A stretch of DNA of 64,000 nucleotides from Nitrosopumilaceae archaeon (GCA_965214835.1 CBDCCK010000002.1:3145352-3209351), one strand, 5' to 3'. Numbered from the stretch's first letter, positions 29,495 through 40,421 are shown. Program-made: numbers and translations. The notes: generated by a model not told the origin, from the letters alone.

Positions 29495-30690
29495 GCTTTT
29501 GTTCGCCTTTTCTTTTGTAATTTATTAGCTTCTGTTGTCTGGATTCCCCACAGTTCCACGAATCCCTTGGCCAGCCTCTGGTCAAACGTGGAGTCCTTTC
29601 CATATGTTGCGGTCCTGTGGCTGTAAAGCGAGTTACTTGACTTTCTGCCTGCCACCCTCACTCCTCCCCCGAATAGCTTGAGCCTGACCCTGCCGGTGAC
29701 CGTACTCTGGGCCCGCTCTATGAACCCGTCTAGATCCGCACGAAGCGGATCCTCCCAGAGTCCCGAGTACACCAACCAGGCCCACTCGTCGTCGATGACG
29801 GGCTTTAGCTTGTTTTGGTGCTTGGTATGGACCATCTTCTCCAAGTCCGCATGTGCCTCAATCAGGCACGTGGCCGCAGGCGTCTCGTACACCTCGCGGG
29901 ACTTTATCCCCACCACCCTGTCCTCGATATGATCAGCGATTCCAACTCCCGCATCTCCTGCCTTCCTGTTAAGATGCTCAATCAGCCTGACAGGCTCCAG
30001 TCTTTTTCCGTCGACGGCGACCGGAACCCCCTTTTGAAAGTCTATTTCTATGTATGTAGGCCTGTCTGGAAGATTTTTTGTCCTTACCCAGATGAATGCG
30101 TCGTCTGGCGGCTCGTTGAGGGGATCCTCCAACACTCCCCCCTCTATTGCACGCCCCCAGAGGTTTTGGTCAATGCTGAATTTTTTTGCAACGCTATCAA
30201 TCCTGATCCCGTGCCTGCCTGCAAACTCCAGCTCCGTAGTCCTGTCCAGATTCAAATCCCGAATCGGCGCAATTATTGGCAGGCTGGAGCCGGACATCAG
30301 GGTCAGATCAAAGCGCACCTGGTCATTTCCCTTGCCGGAGCATCCGTGTGCCAGTGCCGTGGCCTTTTCCTTCTTTGCGACTTCAAGTACCTTGCTTGCG
30401 ATTAGCGGCCGCGCAAGCGCCGTTGCCAGGCAGTATTTTTTCTGGTATAATGCGTTTGCCTTGATTGACGGATGGATATATTCCCTGACAAACTCCTTTC
30501 GTGAGTCAATCGTATGGTGGCTTTTGACGCCAAGCCGCCTTGCCTTTTGCGCAATTGTCTTATAGTCGTCTTGCTGGCCCACATCCACCGTAACTGTGAC
30601 CACGTCCATGTCATGGTTTTCCTGCAGGTACTTGACGACCACCGATGTATCCAGTCCTCCGGAGAATGCCAGTACCGCTTTTTCAGTCAT
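29491..30690 (-). CDS. argG: Argininosuccinate synthase
   Basis: AFSGGLDTS, HGCSGKGNDQVRF, SIDQNLWG and GIKSREVYE. Confidence 0.96.
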   Translation of the reverse strand: MTEKAVLAFSGGLDTSVVVKYLQENHDMDVVTVTVDVGQQDDYKTIAQKARRLGVKSHHTIDSRKEFVREYIHPSIKANALYQKKYCLATALARPLIASKVLEVAKKEKATALAHGCSGKGNDQVRFDLTLMSGSSLPIIAPIRDLNLDRTTELEFAGRHGIRIDSVAKKFSIDQNLWGRAIEGGVLEDPLNEPPDDAFIWVRTKNLPDRPTYIEIDFQKGVPVAVDGKRLEPVRLIEHLNRKAGDAGVGIADHIEDRVVGIKSREVYETPAATCLIEAHADLEKMVHTKHQNKLKPVIDDEWAWLVYSGLWEDPLRADLDGFIERAQSTVTGRVRLKLFGGGVRVAGRKSSNSLYSHRTATYGKDSTFDQRLAKGFVELWGIQTTEANKLQKKRRTKA

Positions 30691-30945
30691 GGAATAGTTG
30701 ACCGACCGTAGATTCGAATTTATCTTTTGTGCTATCCGCGTTGAAGGTGCGTTGCCATTCCCTATGGCCGCTGTTTGGGGTTTGATGCGCAGGACTCCAT
30801 GCGTGTGCAGTCATGAATGGATGAAGGTACGACCCCAGAGGCGGGATTCTGGCTGCACATTTTCAACTGCTGGGCAGGCCACGGATTTTTCATAGCTTGA
30901 GCTAAAATTCGATCATTATTTATCCGCCAAATATAACGCTGTTTT

Positions 30946-31965
30946 ATGAGCATACGATCAGTGGTTGTTGTGGGAATTGCAGGCATGGCCGTGCTCGGAG
31001 TGGCAGCATCCGTGCTCAGTGCAGACCCTGCGCAGCCCGGGGAGCGGATCAGGGTTGCGTACTTTCCAAACGTGGGCCATGCCATACCGATAGTGGGCAT
31101 AGAGGGGGGGATCTTTGAGGACTATTTGCCCGAGACGGAAATCCAGGCCAGAATCTTTGATAGCGGGCCGCAGGTAATCGAGGCCCTGTTTTCAGACTCT
31201 ATCGATATTGCATATGTTGGCCCCGGGCCTGCAATCAACGGATACCTTAATTCGGAGGATGGAAACATAAGGATTCTGTCTGGCGCTGCAAGTGGCGGGG
31301 CCAGCTTTGTAGTCCACCCCGACTCCTTTGAGGATGGTTTTGGTTTTGACGGGAAAAGAATTGGCGCCCCCCAGATTGGAAACACCCAGGATGTCTCATT
31401 GCGCCATTATCTGGCAGAGAACAACCTAAGACCTGCAGAAATGGGCGGCTCCGTCATAGTTTACAACATACCCAATCCCGACATTTACACGCTGTTTGTC
31501 AAGGGGGATATTGATGGCGCTTGGGTGGCCGAGCCCTGGGCCACCATACTGGAACATGATCTTGGCGGGATCCGGCTGTTCCATGAGGAGGAGCTTTGGC
31601 CGGACGGCAAATTTGCGTCTGTCCTGCTTGTCGCAAATACGGACTATGTGGAGAGGAATCCGGAGGTAATCCGACTGTGGCTAGAGGCACACGACTGGGC
31701 TGCCGGGCGGATTAACGCAGACAAAAAGGAAGCAGGCAGGATTTTCAACAGCTTTTTGGTTGATTACCTGGGCCAGGGACTAGACGAGCAGATAGTCGAC
31801 GTGTCCCTGTCCCACATCGAGATTACATCCGATCCCCTGGAGGACTCGGTTCATATTTTTGCACAGCGTGCCGACGGCCTGGGGTATCTGGGAAGAGGCA
31901 GCTACAATTTGTCTGGAGTTTTTTACAACACGGGCTCAAATCCTGATTCTGGAGGCAGTACCTGA
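30946..31965 (+). CDS. NitT/TauT (SsuA-like) ABC substrate-binding protein
   Basis: Signal anchor; FPNVGHA, AYVGPGPAING, PQIGNTQD and EPW. Confidence 0.88.
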   Translation: MSIRSVVVVGIAGMAVLGVAASVLSADPAQPGERIRVAYFPNVGHAIPIVGIEGGIFEDYLPETEIQARIFDSGPQVIEALFSDSIDIAYVGPGPAINGYLNSEDGNIRILSGAASGGASFVVHPDSFEDGFGFDGKRIGAPQIGNTQDVSLRHYLAENNLRPAEMGGSVIVYNIPNPDIYTLFVKGDIDGAWVAEPWATILEHDLGGIRLFHEEELWPDGKFASVLLVANTDYVERNPEVIRLWLEAHDWAAGRINADKKEAGRIFNSFLVDYLGQGLDEQIVDVSLSHIEITSDPLEDSVHIFAQRADGLGYLGRGSYNLSGVFYNTGSNPDSGGST

Positions 31966-32730
31966 TTGACCAAGCTGGAGGCCAAGGGCATCACAAAGTA
32001 CTTTTCGCACGAGTCCCACAGGCTCAAGGCCCTGGGCGGCGTCAATCTGAAGGTAGAGTCAGGCGACTTTGTATGCCTGGTGGGCCCGTCCGGATGCGGC
32101 AAGTCCACCTTTTTGAGGATTGTAGCCGGACTGGAGAGTCCTGACGGTGGACAGATTCTGTTTGATGGCAGGCCCGTTACCACCACGGGTCCCGAGCGGA
32201 TCATGGTGTTTCAGGAGGGCGCGCTGTTTCCGTGGCTCAAGGTCCAGGATAACGTGGAGTTTGGGCTAAAGATGGCAGGAATTCCCAGAAGAGAGCGTGC
32301 CAAGATATCCAACCGGTATCTGGACATGATGCAGCTTGCAAAATTCGCAGACTCGTACACCTACCAGCTATCTACAGGAATGAAGCAGCGTGTTGCAATA
32401 GCCCGTGCCCTCGTCATGGATCCCGATGTGCTGCTGATGGACGAGCCGTTTGCCTCACTTGACGTGCAGACAAGGGACCTGTTGCTGGTCGAAATGCAGC
32501 TGATCTGGGAGAAGACAAAGAAGACAATCCTGTTTGTAACGCACAACGTTGCCGAGGCTGCAGTATTGGGAACCAAGGTTGCAATATTTAGCAACAGGCC
32601 ATCTGTCATCAAAAAGGAGGTAGACAATAACTTTCCCAGGCCCAGGGTCTCCGAGGACGAATCCCTTCTGAGATTCCAGCATGACATCCTCGCTGAGCTG
32701 CGTCCGGAGGTTAAAAAAAGCAGGGAGTGA
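31966..32730 (+). CDS. NitT/TauT ABC ATP-binding protein
   Basis: GPSGCGKST, LSTGMKQR, LLMDEPF and VTH. Confidence 0.93.
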   Translation: MTKLEAKGITKYFSHESHRLKALGGVNLKVESGDFVCLVGPSGCGKSTFLRIVAGLESPDGGQILFDGRPVTTTGPERIMVFQEGALFPWLKVQDNVEFGLKMAGIPRRERAKISNRYLDMMQLAKFADSYTYQLSTGMKQRVAIARALVMDPDVLLMDEPFASLDVQTRDLLLVEMQLIWEKTKKTILFVTHNVAEAAVLGTKVAIFSNRPSVIKKEVDNNFPRPRVSEDESLLRFQHDILAELRPEVKKSRE

Positions 32731-32737
32731 GGCATGG

Positions 32738-33496
32738 TTGAGAAAAAACTTTACGTACCACAGGATTGCGTTTTACATCGGGATGATTGCCGTCTGGCAG
32801 GCAGTTGCCATGGCAGGAATCTGGCCATCAAATGTCTTTCCGTCCCCCTACGAGGTTGCAGAGGACTTGGCGTACAGTGCGGCAGACGGAAGCCTGTTCT
32901 ACGGAATTGCCACGAGCATGTGGAGGCTCCTAGTAGGCCTTGCAATTGCAATAGGCGGGGGCATAATTTTAGGCGTGTTTATGGCCAGAGTCGAGGTCGT
33001 AAACCAGACTGTGGGATCGCTGGTCTTGGGACTGCAGTCTGTTCCATCAATTGCATGGGTACCGCTGGCAATTCTTTGGTACGGGCTGTCTGATGCGGGG
33101 ATTATCTTTGTTGTCGCCATTGGCGCGATATTTGCAGTGACAATCAACACATACACGGGAGTCAAAAACATCGATCCGCACTTTATTGAGGCCGCACGAA
33201 ACATGGGGGCCAAGGGCGGACAGCTAATCACCAGCGTGCTGCTGCCTGCCGCATTTCCCTACATGATCTCCGGATTCAAGCAGGGCTGGGCGTTTGCATG
33301 GCGGGGCGTGATTGGCGCAGAATTGCTGTTTGCATTTTTGGGACTGGGGCACTTGCTTTATGCAGCGCGCTCACTGACTGATGTCTCCCAAGTCATTGCA
33401 ATAATGCTTGTGATCATGGTAATTGGCCTGCTGGTAGATGGTGTGGTCTTCAAGAGACTGGAGGATAAGGTAATGTCTAGGTGGGGACTGCGATAG
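32738..33496 (+). CDS. NitT/TauT ABC permease
   Basis: Multiple TM segments; EAARNMGA (EAA loop) and VIGAEL. Confidence 0.9.
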   Translation: MRKNFTYHRIAFYIGMIAVWQAVAMAGIWPSNVFPSPYEVAEDLAYSAADGSLFYGIATSMWRLLVGLAIAIGGGIILGVFMARVEVVNQTVGSLVLGLQSVPSIAWVPLAILWYGLSDAGIIFVVAIGAIFAVTINTYTGVKNIDPHFIEAARNMGAKGGQLITSVLLPAAFPYMISGFKQGWAFAWRGVIGAELLFAFLGLGHLLYAARSLTDVSQVIAIMLVIMVIGLLVDGVVFKRLEDKVMSRWGLR

Positions 33497-33648
33497 TCGC
33501 ACTGTCTTGGGGATAGTGAAGGCGGACATCTCCCGGAGCTCATGCAGGCAGGCAAAGACAATTCCGAGAACTGATCGAATGCACAGTACCCGCATAGCCT
33601 GACGTCTTCTTTTTCCATACTCATAAAAGACAGTCAGTTTTATCCCTC

Positions 33649-34611
33649 ATGGTGGAAAAAGAGCCGTTCCTGGATGCCATAAAGCGCAGAGTCATGCTGT
33701 TTGACGGTGCAATGGGTACCGAGATTCAAAAAAATGATCCAAGGCCAGAAGACTTTCCTGACGGCAGGGACGGCTTTAACGACGGCCTAGTATTGACCCG
33801 TCCAGAATGGATAAAACAGATTCATAGAAGCTATCTTGACGCAGGGGCTGACTGCATAGAGACCAATTCCTTTGGCTCCAACAAAATAAAGCTAGATGAA
33901 TATGGGTTCGGAGATCAGACCATTGAGTTTAACAAAAAGGTGGCGGCGCTTGCAGTGAAAGTCTGCTCCGAATACCCCGGCAGGCCCAGATATGTCATCG
34001 GTTCCATGGGGCCTTCGGGATACCTGCCAAGCTCCAATGATCCTGACCTGGGACAAATGCCGCTAGATGAAATTCGCAAGGCCTTTGAGCTACAGGCCGG
34101 GGGCCTGATTCTAGGGGGGGTCGATGCGCTGCTGATCGAGACCAGCCAGGATATCTTGGAGGTCAAGCTTGTAATTGAGGCATGCCACAATGCAATGAGC
34201 AAGGCCGGCAAGAAGGTTCCGATCATTGCAAATGCCACGCTGGATCAATACGGAAAGATGCTCCTTGGCACAAACATCCAGGCCGCATACACCACCGTAT
34301 CTGACATGGGAATTGACGTCTTTGGCCTCAACTGCTCGACTGGGCCAGATGAGATGGCTCCCAGCATAAGATGGCTTGACGAGCAAAGGGGGCACGATCT
34401 CCTGGTGGTTCCCAATGCAGGCATGCCCGAGAACGAGGGAGGCCAAGCAGTATACAAGATGCGGCCTGCAGACATGGCAAGGTCCCTAGGCGACCTGCTG
34501 GGCAGCTATAACAAGATCAGAATCATCGGCGGATGCTGTGGAACAAACCCAGAGCATATTCGCGCACTGAGAAGGGTAATTGACGAAAAGGCAGGCCCTG
34601 CCAAGGGTTAA
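33649..34611 (+). CDS. metH: B12-dependent methionine synthase, homocysteine-binding part
   Basis: FDGAMGT, GLNC, PNAG and GGCCGT. Confidence 0.92.
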   Translation: MVEKEPFLDAIKRRVMLFDGAMGTEIQKNDPRPEDFPDGRDGFNDGLVLTRPEWIKQIHRSYLDAGADCIETNSFGSNKIKLDEYGFGDQTIEFNKKVAALAVKVCSEYPGRPRYVIGSMGPSGYLPSSNDPDLGQMPLDEIRKAFELQAGGLILGGVDALLIETSQDILEVKLVIEACHNAMSKAGKKVPIIANATLDQYGKMLLGTNIQAAYTTVSDMGIDVFGLNCSTGPDEMAPSIRWLDEQRGHDLLVVPNAGMPENEGGQAVYKMRPADMARSLGDLLGSYNKIRIIGGCCGTNPEHIRALRRVIDEKAGPAKG

Positions 34612-34643
34612 GTATTTAGAAAAATCCCGGCAAAACTAGGTAA

Positions 34644-37139
34644 TTGACAGTTCCCAGAGTAAGCTCCGCATTAAAGGCCGTAGACCTAAAACAGGAGCCC
34701 GCGCCGCTGATAATCGGCGAGAGGATAAACACGCAGGGCTCCCGCAAGGCAAAGGATCTTGTCCTAAATGACGACTTTGACGGACTGATCGACTTGGCCC
34801 GTGATCAGGTAGACGGCGGGGCGCACTGCCTTGATGTCTGTGTGGCCACGACTGAGCGCGCAGATGAAAAAGAGTTCATGGTACGCCTTGTCAAGCGACT
34901 CAGCCTAGAGATTGATGCCCCGCTGGTTATCGACTCTACTGATCCGGACGTCATCGAGGCCGCAGTCCGGCAGATTCCTGGACGGCCAATCATCAATTCC
35001 ATCAACCTGGAGGGCGACGGAAGCCGCTTTGCAAGTCTTGCGCCAATCATGGCAAGGTACGGGGTTCCCGCAGTGGCACTGTGCATCGGTCCCAAAGGAA
35101 TGGCCAAAACCCCTGATGAAAAGCTGGAGACTGCAAGACTGCTCTATGAGGCCGGAAGGGAATACGGCCTAAGGCCCGAACAGTTCGTCTTTGATGTCCT
35201 GACATTTACCCTGGCAACGGGGGAAAAGGAGTTTCTAAACGCAGGAATCAGCACCCTTGAGGGAATCAAGATGGTCAAGGAGGCGTTTCCGACATCCTAT
35301 ACCGTGCTAGGGCTAAGCAACATCAGCTTCGGCCTAGTCCCGTATGCCAGAAGGGTTCTAAACTCTGTATTTCTGTACCACGCAGTAAGGCACGGGCTGG
35401 ACTCGGCCATCGTAAACTCCAAGGAGATTGTCCCGTACGGTGAGATCGGTGAGAGGGAGCGCAAGCTGGCCGAGGATCTCATCTTCAACGCCGGCCCCGA
35501 CGCACTATCAGACCTTATCTCCCACTTTGAAAAGATATCCCCCAATGCGCATGACTCTGCCAAAAGGGTCGAGGTGAACCCCGGCTGGCCTGCGGGAAGG
35601 CGCGCCAACTTCAGAATCGTAAACCGCCTAAAGGACGGAATTGAAAACGACGTGGTGACCGCAATCGCAGAGAAGATATCAAAGACGGATTCCCTGTCCG
35701 GCGGGGAGTCCCTCTCACTGAACGAGCCAAAGGAGGCCACGCATGAGGGGGCCATTGCCACCCTGAACGAGGACCTGCTGCCTGCCATGAAGGAGGTCGG
35801 CGACAAGTTTGGCGCAGGGGAGCTGATCCTGCCCTTTGTCCTCAAGTCCGCCGAATGCATGAAGGCCGCAGTTGCCGAGCTTGAAAGGTACCTGCTAAAG
35901 GAGGAGGGCTCCACCAAGGGAAGGCTGGTTCTGGGAACAGTGTATGGAGACGTCCACGACATTGGCAAAAACCTAGTCAAGACAATCTTTGAGAATAACG
36001 GCTATTCCGTGTATGATCTAGGAAAGCAGGTTCCGATGCAGGAGTTCCTGGACAAGATAGACGAGGTGGACGCCGACGCAGTAGGGCTGTCCGCGCTGCT
36101 GGTATCCACGTCAAAGCAGATGCGGTTCTTCGTAGAACACGCAAGGAAAAGCAGCATGGAAATTCCGATTCTTTGTGGCGGTGCTGCGATTAACACAAAC
36201 TACATCAACAGAATTGCAAAGGAGGGCGGAATCTACGAGCCCGGCGTGTTTTACTGCAATACGATGTTTGACGGCCTCAAGACGATGGACAGGCTGGTAT
36301 CTGGTGAAAGACGCGAGCTGTTAAAGGCCTGGAGGGAAAGACTGGAGAGCTGGAAGGACACCCCTGCCCCAAGGGGCCCTGACTCGGAGATCCCAAGAAG
36401 CGCAGTCGTGCCCGTCGATGCGCCCGTTCCGCCAAGAGTAGGCATTCCAGTACGGCTGGGTGCATCGGAGATAGATGCCGACGCAGTCTGGGGCATGATT
36501 GACAAAAAGTCCCTGTTCAAGCTATCCTGGGGACTGCGGGGCAAGGCAGGACGGGAGCAGGAGGAGGAGCACGAGAGGCTGTTTGCAGAGTGGAAGAAAC
36601 GGGTGGTGGCAGAAGACCTGTTTGAGCCCTCCGCGGTATACGGATACTTTAACTGCCATGCGGAAAAAAACAGGCTAATAGTGGATCATCCCGCCGGGGG
36701 ATCTCTTACGTTTGACTTTCCACGCTCTGCGAGGCCAAAGCACCTCTGTCTTTCAGACTACTTTGGACGCGATGACATTGTGGCGTTTCAGGCAGTCACC
36801 GTCGGCAGCAGGACGGCTGACATCATAGAGCGGTGGAACAGGGAGGACAGGTACACCGATGCGTACTATTTGCACGGCCTGGCAGTGGAGTTTGCAGAGG
36901 CAATGGCAGCATGGATCAATCAAAGAATCAAAGACGAGATAAAGATCTCTGGCGGGGGGCTACGTTACAGCTGGGGCTATCCGAGCTGTCCGGACGTCAT
37001 GCAGCACAGGCTTGTCTGGAAGCTGCTTTCCCCGGAGGAATCCGGCATGACTCTGACCGAATCAGGACAGATCGTGCCGGAGCAGTCGACTGCGGCCATA
37101 GTGGTTCACCACCCTGATGCCGAGTACTTTATGCTCTAG
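34644..37139 (+). CDS. metH: B12-dependent methionine synthase: pterin-binding, B12-binding and reactivation domains
   Basis: IGERINTQGS, GLSNISFG, GDVHDIGKN and RYSWGYPSCPD. Confidence 0.92.
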   Translation: MTVPRVSSALKAVDLKQEPAPLIIGERINTQGSRKAKDLVLNDDFDGLIDLARDQVDGGAHCLDVCVATTERADEKEFMVRLVKRLSLEIDAPLVIDSTDPDVIEAAVRQIPGRPIINSINLEGDGSRFASLAPIMARYGVPAVALCIGPKGMAKTPDEKLETARLLYEAGREYGLRPEQFVFDVLTFTLATGEKEFLNAGISTLEGIKMVKEAFPTSYTVLGLSNISFGLVPYARRVLNSVFLYHAVRHGLDSAIVNSKEIVPYGEIGERERKLAEDLIFNAGPDALSDLISHFEKISPNAHDSAKRVEVNPGWPAGRRANFRIVNRLKDGIENDVVTAIAEKISKTDSLSGGESLSLNEPKEATHEGAIATLNEDLLPAMKEVGDKFGAGELILPFVLKSAECMKAAVAELERYLLKEEGSTKGRLVLGTVYGDVHDIGKNLVKTIFENNGYSVYDLGKQVPMQEFLDKIDEVDADAVGLSALLVSTSKQMRFFVEHARKSSMEIPILCGGAAINTNYINRIAKEGGIYEPGVFYCNTMFDGLKTMDRLVSGERRELLKAWRERLESWKDTPAPRGPDSEIPRSAVVPVDAPVPPRVGIPVRLGASEIDADAVWGMIDKKSLFKLSWGLRGKAGREQEEEHERLFAEWKKRVVAEDLFEPSAVYGYFNCHAEKNRLIVDHPAGGSLTFDFPRSARPKHLCLSDYFGRDDIVAFQAVTVGSRTADIIERWNREDRYTDAYYLHGLAVEFAEAMAAWINQRIKDEIKISGGGLRYSWGYPSCPDVMQHRLVWKLLSPEESGMTLTESGQIVPEQSTAAIVVHHPDAEYFML

Positions 37140-37153
37140 CTCCAAAACAGGGG

Positions 37154-37888
37154 TCAGATCCCGTTTTCTAGGAACTCCCTTAGCGAGGCAAAGTCGTTTG
37201 GCGACGTAATCAGCACGTCCCCTGCAATGCCGTGAATCTGCCTTACAAAGTCCACAAAGTTCTCCCGGTATGACCCCAAGTCCAGGCTCAGGAACTCGGC
37301 TGACCTTTCGTTTTTTATCGATGGGTGCAAGATGATCGGGATTACTGAGAATCCCTCCAAGTTCGCAACCAGATCCCTTACCTGTCCGGCCGACTGGATC
37401 ACCTGGGTCATGAATCCCTTTGGATTTGCCTCTTTTTTCCTCTCGATTTTGCCATAGTCTGGCTTGTTTGAAATCGACAGATACAAGTCAATCTCCGAGC
37501 CAAACCCCTCTTCGTGCAGTCTTTTTGCAACCCGGCTTGGAACCTGGCCCGAGTCCGGACCTCCGCCCTCCGACGGATCCCCCATCAGTATGAGGATCCC
37601 GGAAAATCCAATCTCGATGCACTCGCTGACGTACTTTCGGATTTGCTCCTCCGTCCTTTCCCTGACCCTGAGGCTTGCCGTAAGTGAGATGTCTGGAATC
37701 TCGTTTTTGATGACTCTTCCCACCTCTATTGGCGAGACTCTTTGGGATCCCAGCACGTTTTCAGTCAGGTGAATCGCATCACAGCAGCCAGTGATTGATT
37801 TTATCCTTTCAACAAACTTTGATGTGGATTCCTGCAAGTCTGCCCCCGGCAGAATCTTCGGGGGGTTTGCCTCGTATCTAACCGTCAT
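37154..37888 (-). CDS. metF: Methylenetetrahydrofolate reductase-like protein
   Basis: YEANPPK, LMGDP and FMTQ; adjacent to metH. Confidence 0.7.
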   Translation of the reverse strand: MTVRYEANPPKILPGADLQESTSKFVERIKSITGCCDAIHLTENVLGSQRVSPIEVGRVIKNEIPDISLTASLRVRERTEEQIRKYVSECIEIGFSGILILMGDPSEGGGPDSGQVPSRVAKRLHEEGFGSEIDLYLSISNKPDYGKIERKKEANPKGFMTQVIQSAGQVRDLVANLEGFSVIPIILHPSIKNERSAEFLSLDLGSYRENFVDFVRQIHGIAGDVLITSPNDFASLREFLENGI

Positions 37889-37926
37889 AATGTTATCTAA
37901 AAACCCTCAGTTAAAACGTATGAGGT

Positions 37927-38018
37927 GTACGAGGTCACCTACCCCCGCCAGTCAGGCACGAATTAGCATGAATGATTGTGATCTTCACGCCTAGCTAGCA
38001 AGGGACGTGACCACATAC
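37927..38018. mobile_element. MITE family D
   Basis: TIR GTACGAGGTCAC / GTGACCACATAC with an 8-bp TSD TATGAGGT; the right TSD copy is split by MITE B. Confidence 0.85.
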
Positions 38019-38022
38019 TATG

Positions 38023-38152
38023 GGGGTTGTCGCCTAATTCACCTGTCTGGCCCAATCTGCGCGTTTTTCTGAACTTCCGTCCCTCCTGCACGCCTAGATC
38101 CAGATGGCGTCGCATGGTTTTCAGAAATTCTGATGAATTAGGCGACAACCCC
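38023..38152. mobile_element. MITE family B (130 bp)
   Basis: TIR GGGGTTGTCGCCTAATTCA / TGAATTAGGCGACAACCCC with a 9-bp TSD CATACTATG. Confidence 0.9.
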
Positions 38153-38161
38153 CATACTATG

Positions 38162-38475
38162 AGGTCACCTTCCCGTAAGGTTTACCTCCAGAAACAGTCT
38201 TGCCAATCTGTTCCGGCGTGACCTCGGCGATCATCTGCTGCGCCCTTTCCCTCTGCTCCATGAGGGGATCTGCTGCCTCGCTCTGATCCAGGTGCTCCTC
38301 GGAGCGGCCAAATGACTGGCGCATCTCGGCCACCGGTACCTCAGGCAGCACACCCTTGGTGGTGTACCGGGCCTCCATGCTTCCCTTGCGTCCCATGAAG
38401 AACACCCTAAAGTCGTGTGCCATCTTGCCCTTGGCCTCTGCTATGAGCAGCTGCGTGTAAGTACGCGCGCAGCAC
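38162..38475 (-). pseudogene. C-terminal fragment of a tyrosine integrase
   Basis: TQLLIAEAKGKMAHDFRVFFMGRKGSMEARYTT aligns with TQLLLAESRGAMTHAYRQFFMGHRGDIEARYTT of 59205..60644. Confidence 0.8.
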
Positions 38476-38537
38476 GTACGGCCTCCAGAGAGGTGATCCG
38501 AAATCAGAAGCCGTGCGAATCTTTCAAGTGATTTCAC

Positions 38538-38630
38538 GTACGAGGTTACGTCCACCTGCTGGCTAGGCATGGAAATCATAACTGTACATGCCAATTCGTG
38601 CCTGATTGGTGGGAGCAGGTGACCACATAC
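38538..38630. mobile_element. MITE family D
   Basis: GTACGAGGTTAC...GTGACCACATAC, 93 bp. Confidence 0.8.
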
Positions 38631-38842
38631 CTTGCATCTTAGGTATGCTGTCTAGTCCCTGCTATATACTGACTTGTGATCGCCTACATAGAGGAAGGCG
38701 TTTTTAACCCGTGTTCAGAAGTGTCACACAAAACGGCACCAAATCCGAAACGACTCAAATCAACTCGCCTGCAGGTTCGCATGTCGCCGCCACGAGGCGA
38801 GTATGCCTAAGAAGACTAAGAAAAAGAGGAAAGAAAATAGGA

Positions 38843-40216
38843 CTAGATTCCTAGTTTTGCTGCGATTTCGGCTGCACGTTCGTCGGTGTATAATCCGTGT
38901 AAGTTGATCATTGGATGATCAATGCTGTTTTTGCCCATTGGTGGGATTGCATCACTCGGGTTGCCTAGTACGTATGCATAGGACGGAACCGCCTCTTGGA
39001 TAGCTCCCTTCTCTAGCAATCCTGGGTTTAATCCGAATGGATCGCCTACAACTATGATTGATGCCCCGCCTGAGAATATTGCGGCATAGTCGTGGTTAAG
39101 CGGGACATAGATTCCAGGATGATCAAAGATGACATCTGCAATCATGTTTTGTGAGCCGCCCAACAACCATGTTTCGGTACCTTGTGCCTGAACTCTGTTG
39201 CCCTGTACAACCCTGTCGATGATCTCACCAACAATGTGCCAAAAGACCGGCTCGTTTCCTTGGTTTTGAACAAAGAATCTTACATGCTGGCCCTCTTCAA
39301 CGAACAGTAGCTGTGACTGATATTGTTTCAAGTCCGCACTATCCCAAGGCTGTGCAATGAAGATGTTCTTGTCTGCATCGCCGTTAACGAGTTCGTCATG
39401 GGTATCGTTTGGCGTGTAGCCAAATGCCATACCGTTGACAACTGTCTGCGATGTCTGGTGTGCCATCATGGCATCCTTGTCATAAGAGCCATCCTCTGTC
39501 AAATACAACTGGGTGTATTGAAGTTGGAACTCTAATGCGTCTGCACTGTGGAATTGCCTGTCTAGGACAACCTCACCGTTTTCAACGGCAGTACCGTATG
39601 ACATTACCTTTTTGTAGCCGTCAATCGGGTCTACAATCGCAATGCCGTACATTCCTTGGAGAACGTGTCTGTCCATATCAGCCACATCGACACCGGAGCA
39701 GTGGTATTTGAAAACACCAGGTACCTCGGCGATGTAACAGTATGATTCAGATTCTCCCGGATATACTGCGCCGAAGTTCTGTCCAGATATTTGAGATGCA
39801 TGCATGTCGTTACCGTGTGGAAGTAGTTCACCTTCCGGAACGGTAAGTGTCATCTTGACAACATCACCCTGCGTGACTCTAAGTGTCGGTCCTGGGACCT
39901 GTCCGCTAAAGGTCATGGCGTTGTATGTCTCACCTGTCATTGTAGGTAATTGAACACTCTCGCCGGTAACGTCGAATTCTACTACATTACGGCCGGTGGT
40001 ATCAATCATGGCACAGTCGGTATCTGCAAATGCTTGTGGCATAACAAGTTCTAAGCCGCCCATGTTGTGGATTTTGGTCACCGCGTCTGCGTCCATTTTG
40101 GACACGTCCAATGATGAGCCTCCAACCTGGGAGTGTGTGTATGTGCTTCCGAATAGCGTAGCTGCCATTACTGCTACAGCTGCAACAGTAAACATCATGC
40201 TGTAACGCTTATTCAT
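38843..40216 (-). CDS. nirK: Copper-containing nitrite reductase (thaumarchaeal type)
   Basis: Signal peptide; PGPTLRVTQGD and the Cu ligand motifs HGNDMH, YHCSG, HVLQGM, WHIVGE and NHD. Confidence 0.88.
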   Translation of the reverse strand: MNKRYSMMFTVAAVAVMAATLFGSTYTHSQVGGSSLDVSKMDADAVTKIHNMGGLELVMPQAFADTDCAMIDTTGRNVVEFDVTGESVQLPTMTGETYNAMTFSGQVPGPTLRVTQGDVVKMTLTVPEGELLPHGNDMHASQISGQNFGAVYPGESESYCYIAEVPGVFKYHCSGVDVADMDRHVLQGMYGIAIVDPIDGYKKVMSYGTAVENGEVVLDRQFHSADALEFQLQYTQLYLTEDGSYDKDAMMAHQTSQTVVNGMAFGYTPNDTHDELVNGDADKNIFIAQPWDSADLKQYQSQLLFVEEGQHVRFFVQNQGNEPVFWHIVGEIIDRVVQGNRVQAQGTETWLLGGSQNMIADVIFDHPGIYVPLNHDYAAIFSGGASIIVVGDPFGLNPGLLEKGAIQEAVPSYAYVLGNPSDAIPPMGKNSIDHPMINLHGLYTDERAAEIAAKLGI

Positions 40217-40265
40217 TGATCCGAGGTTTGTACCAGCCTATATAATAATTCCCTTCATTGGCAAG

Positions 40266-40356
40266 GCATGAGGTTGCCTTCCCCTAGCAACTAGGCACGA
40301 ATTGGACGTAGTCGTGATCTTCGTGCCCTAGCCAGCAGGGAGACGTGGCCTCGTGC
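40266..40356. mobile_element. MITE family D, degenerate, upstream of nirK
   Basis: GCATGAGGTTGC...aggcacgaatt...gatcttcgtgccctagccagcaggga...GTGGCCTCGTGC. Confidence 0.65.
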
Positions 40357-40421
40357 ACTAGTAAAACACGGAGCAAGAATGTCTAAAAACATTGAATACG
40401 GGCAGGTATGACTAAGCCATT

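Noticed and set aside
33358-33624. Cys-rich minus-strand ORF MSMEKEDVRLCGYC...
   Set aside because: It overlaps the permease 3' end substantially and cannot be supported from the sequence alone.
33649-37139. Split metH as a novelty or frameshift
   Set aside because: The two clean ORFs are separated at a domain boundary by a short intergenic gap; split MetH is known in several lineages.
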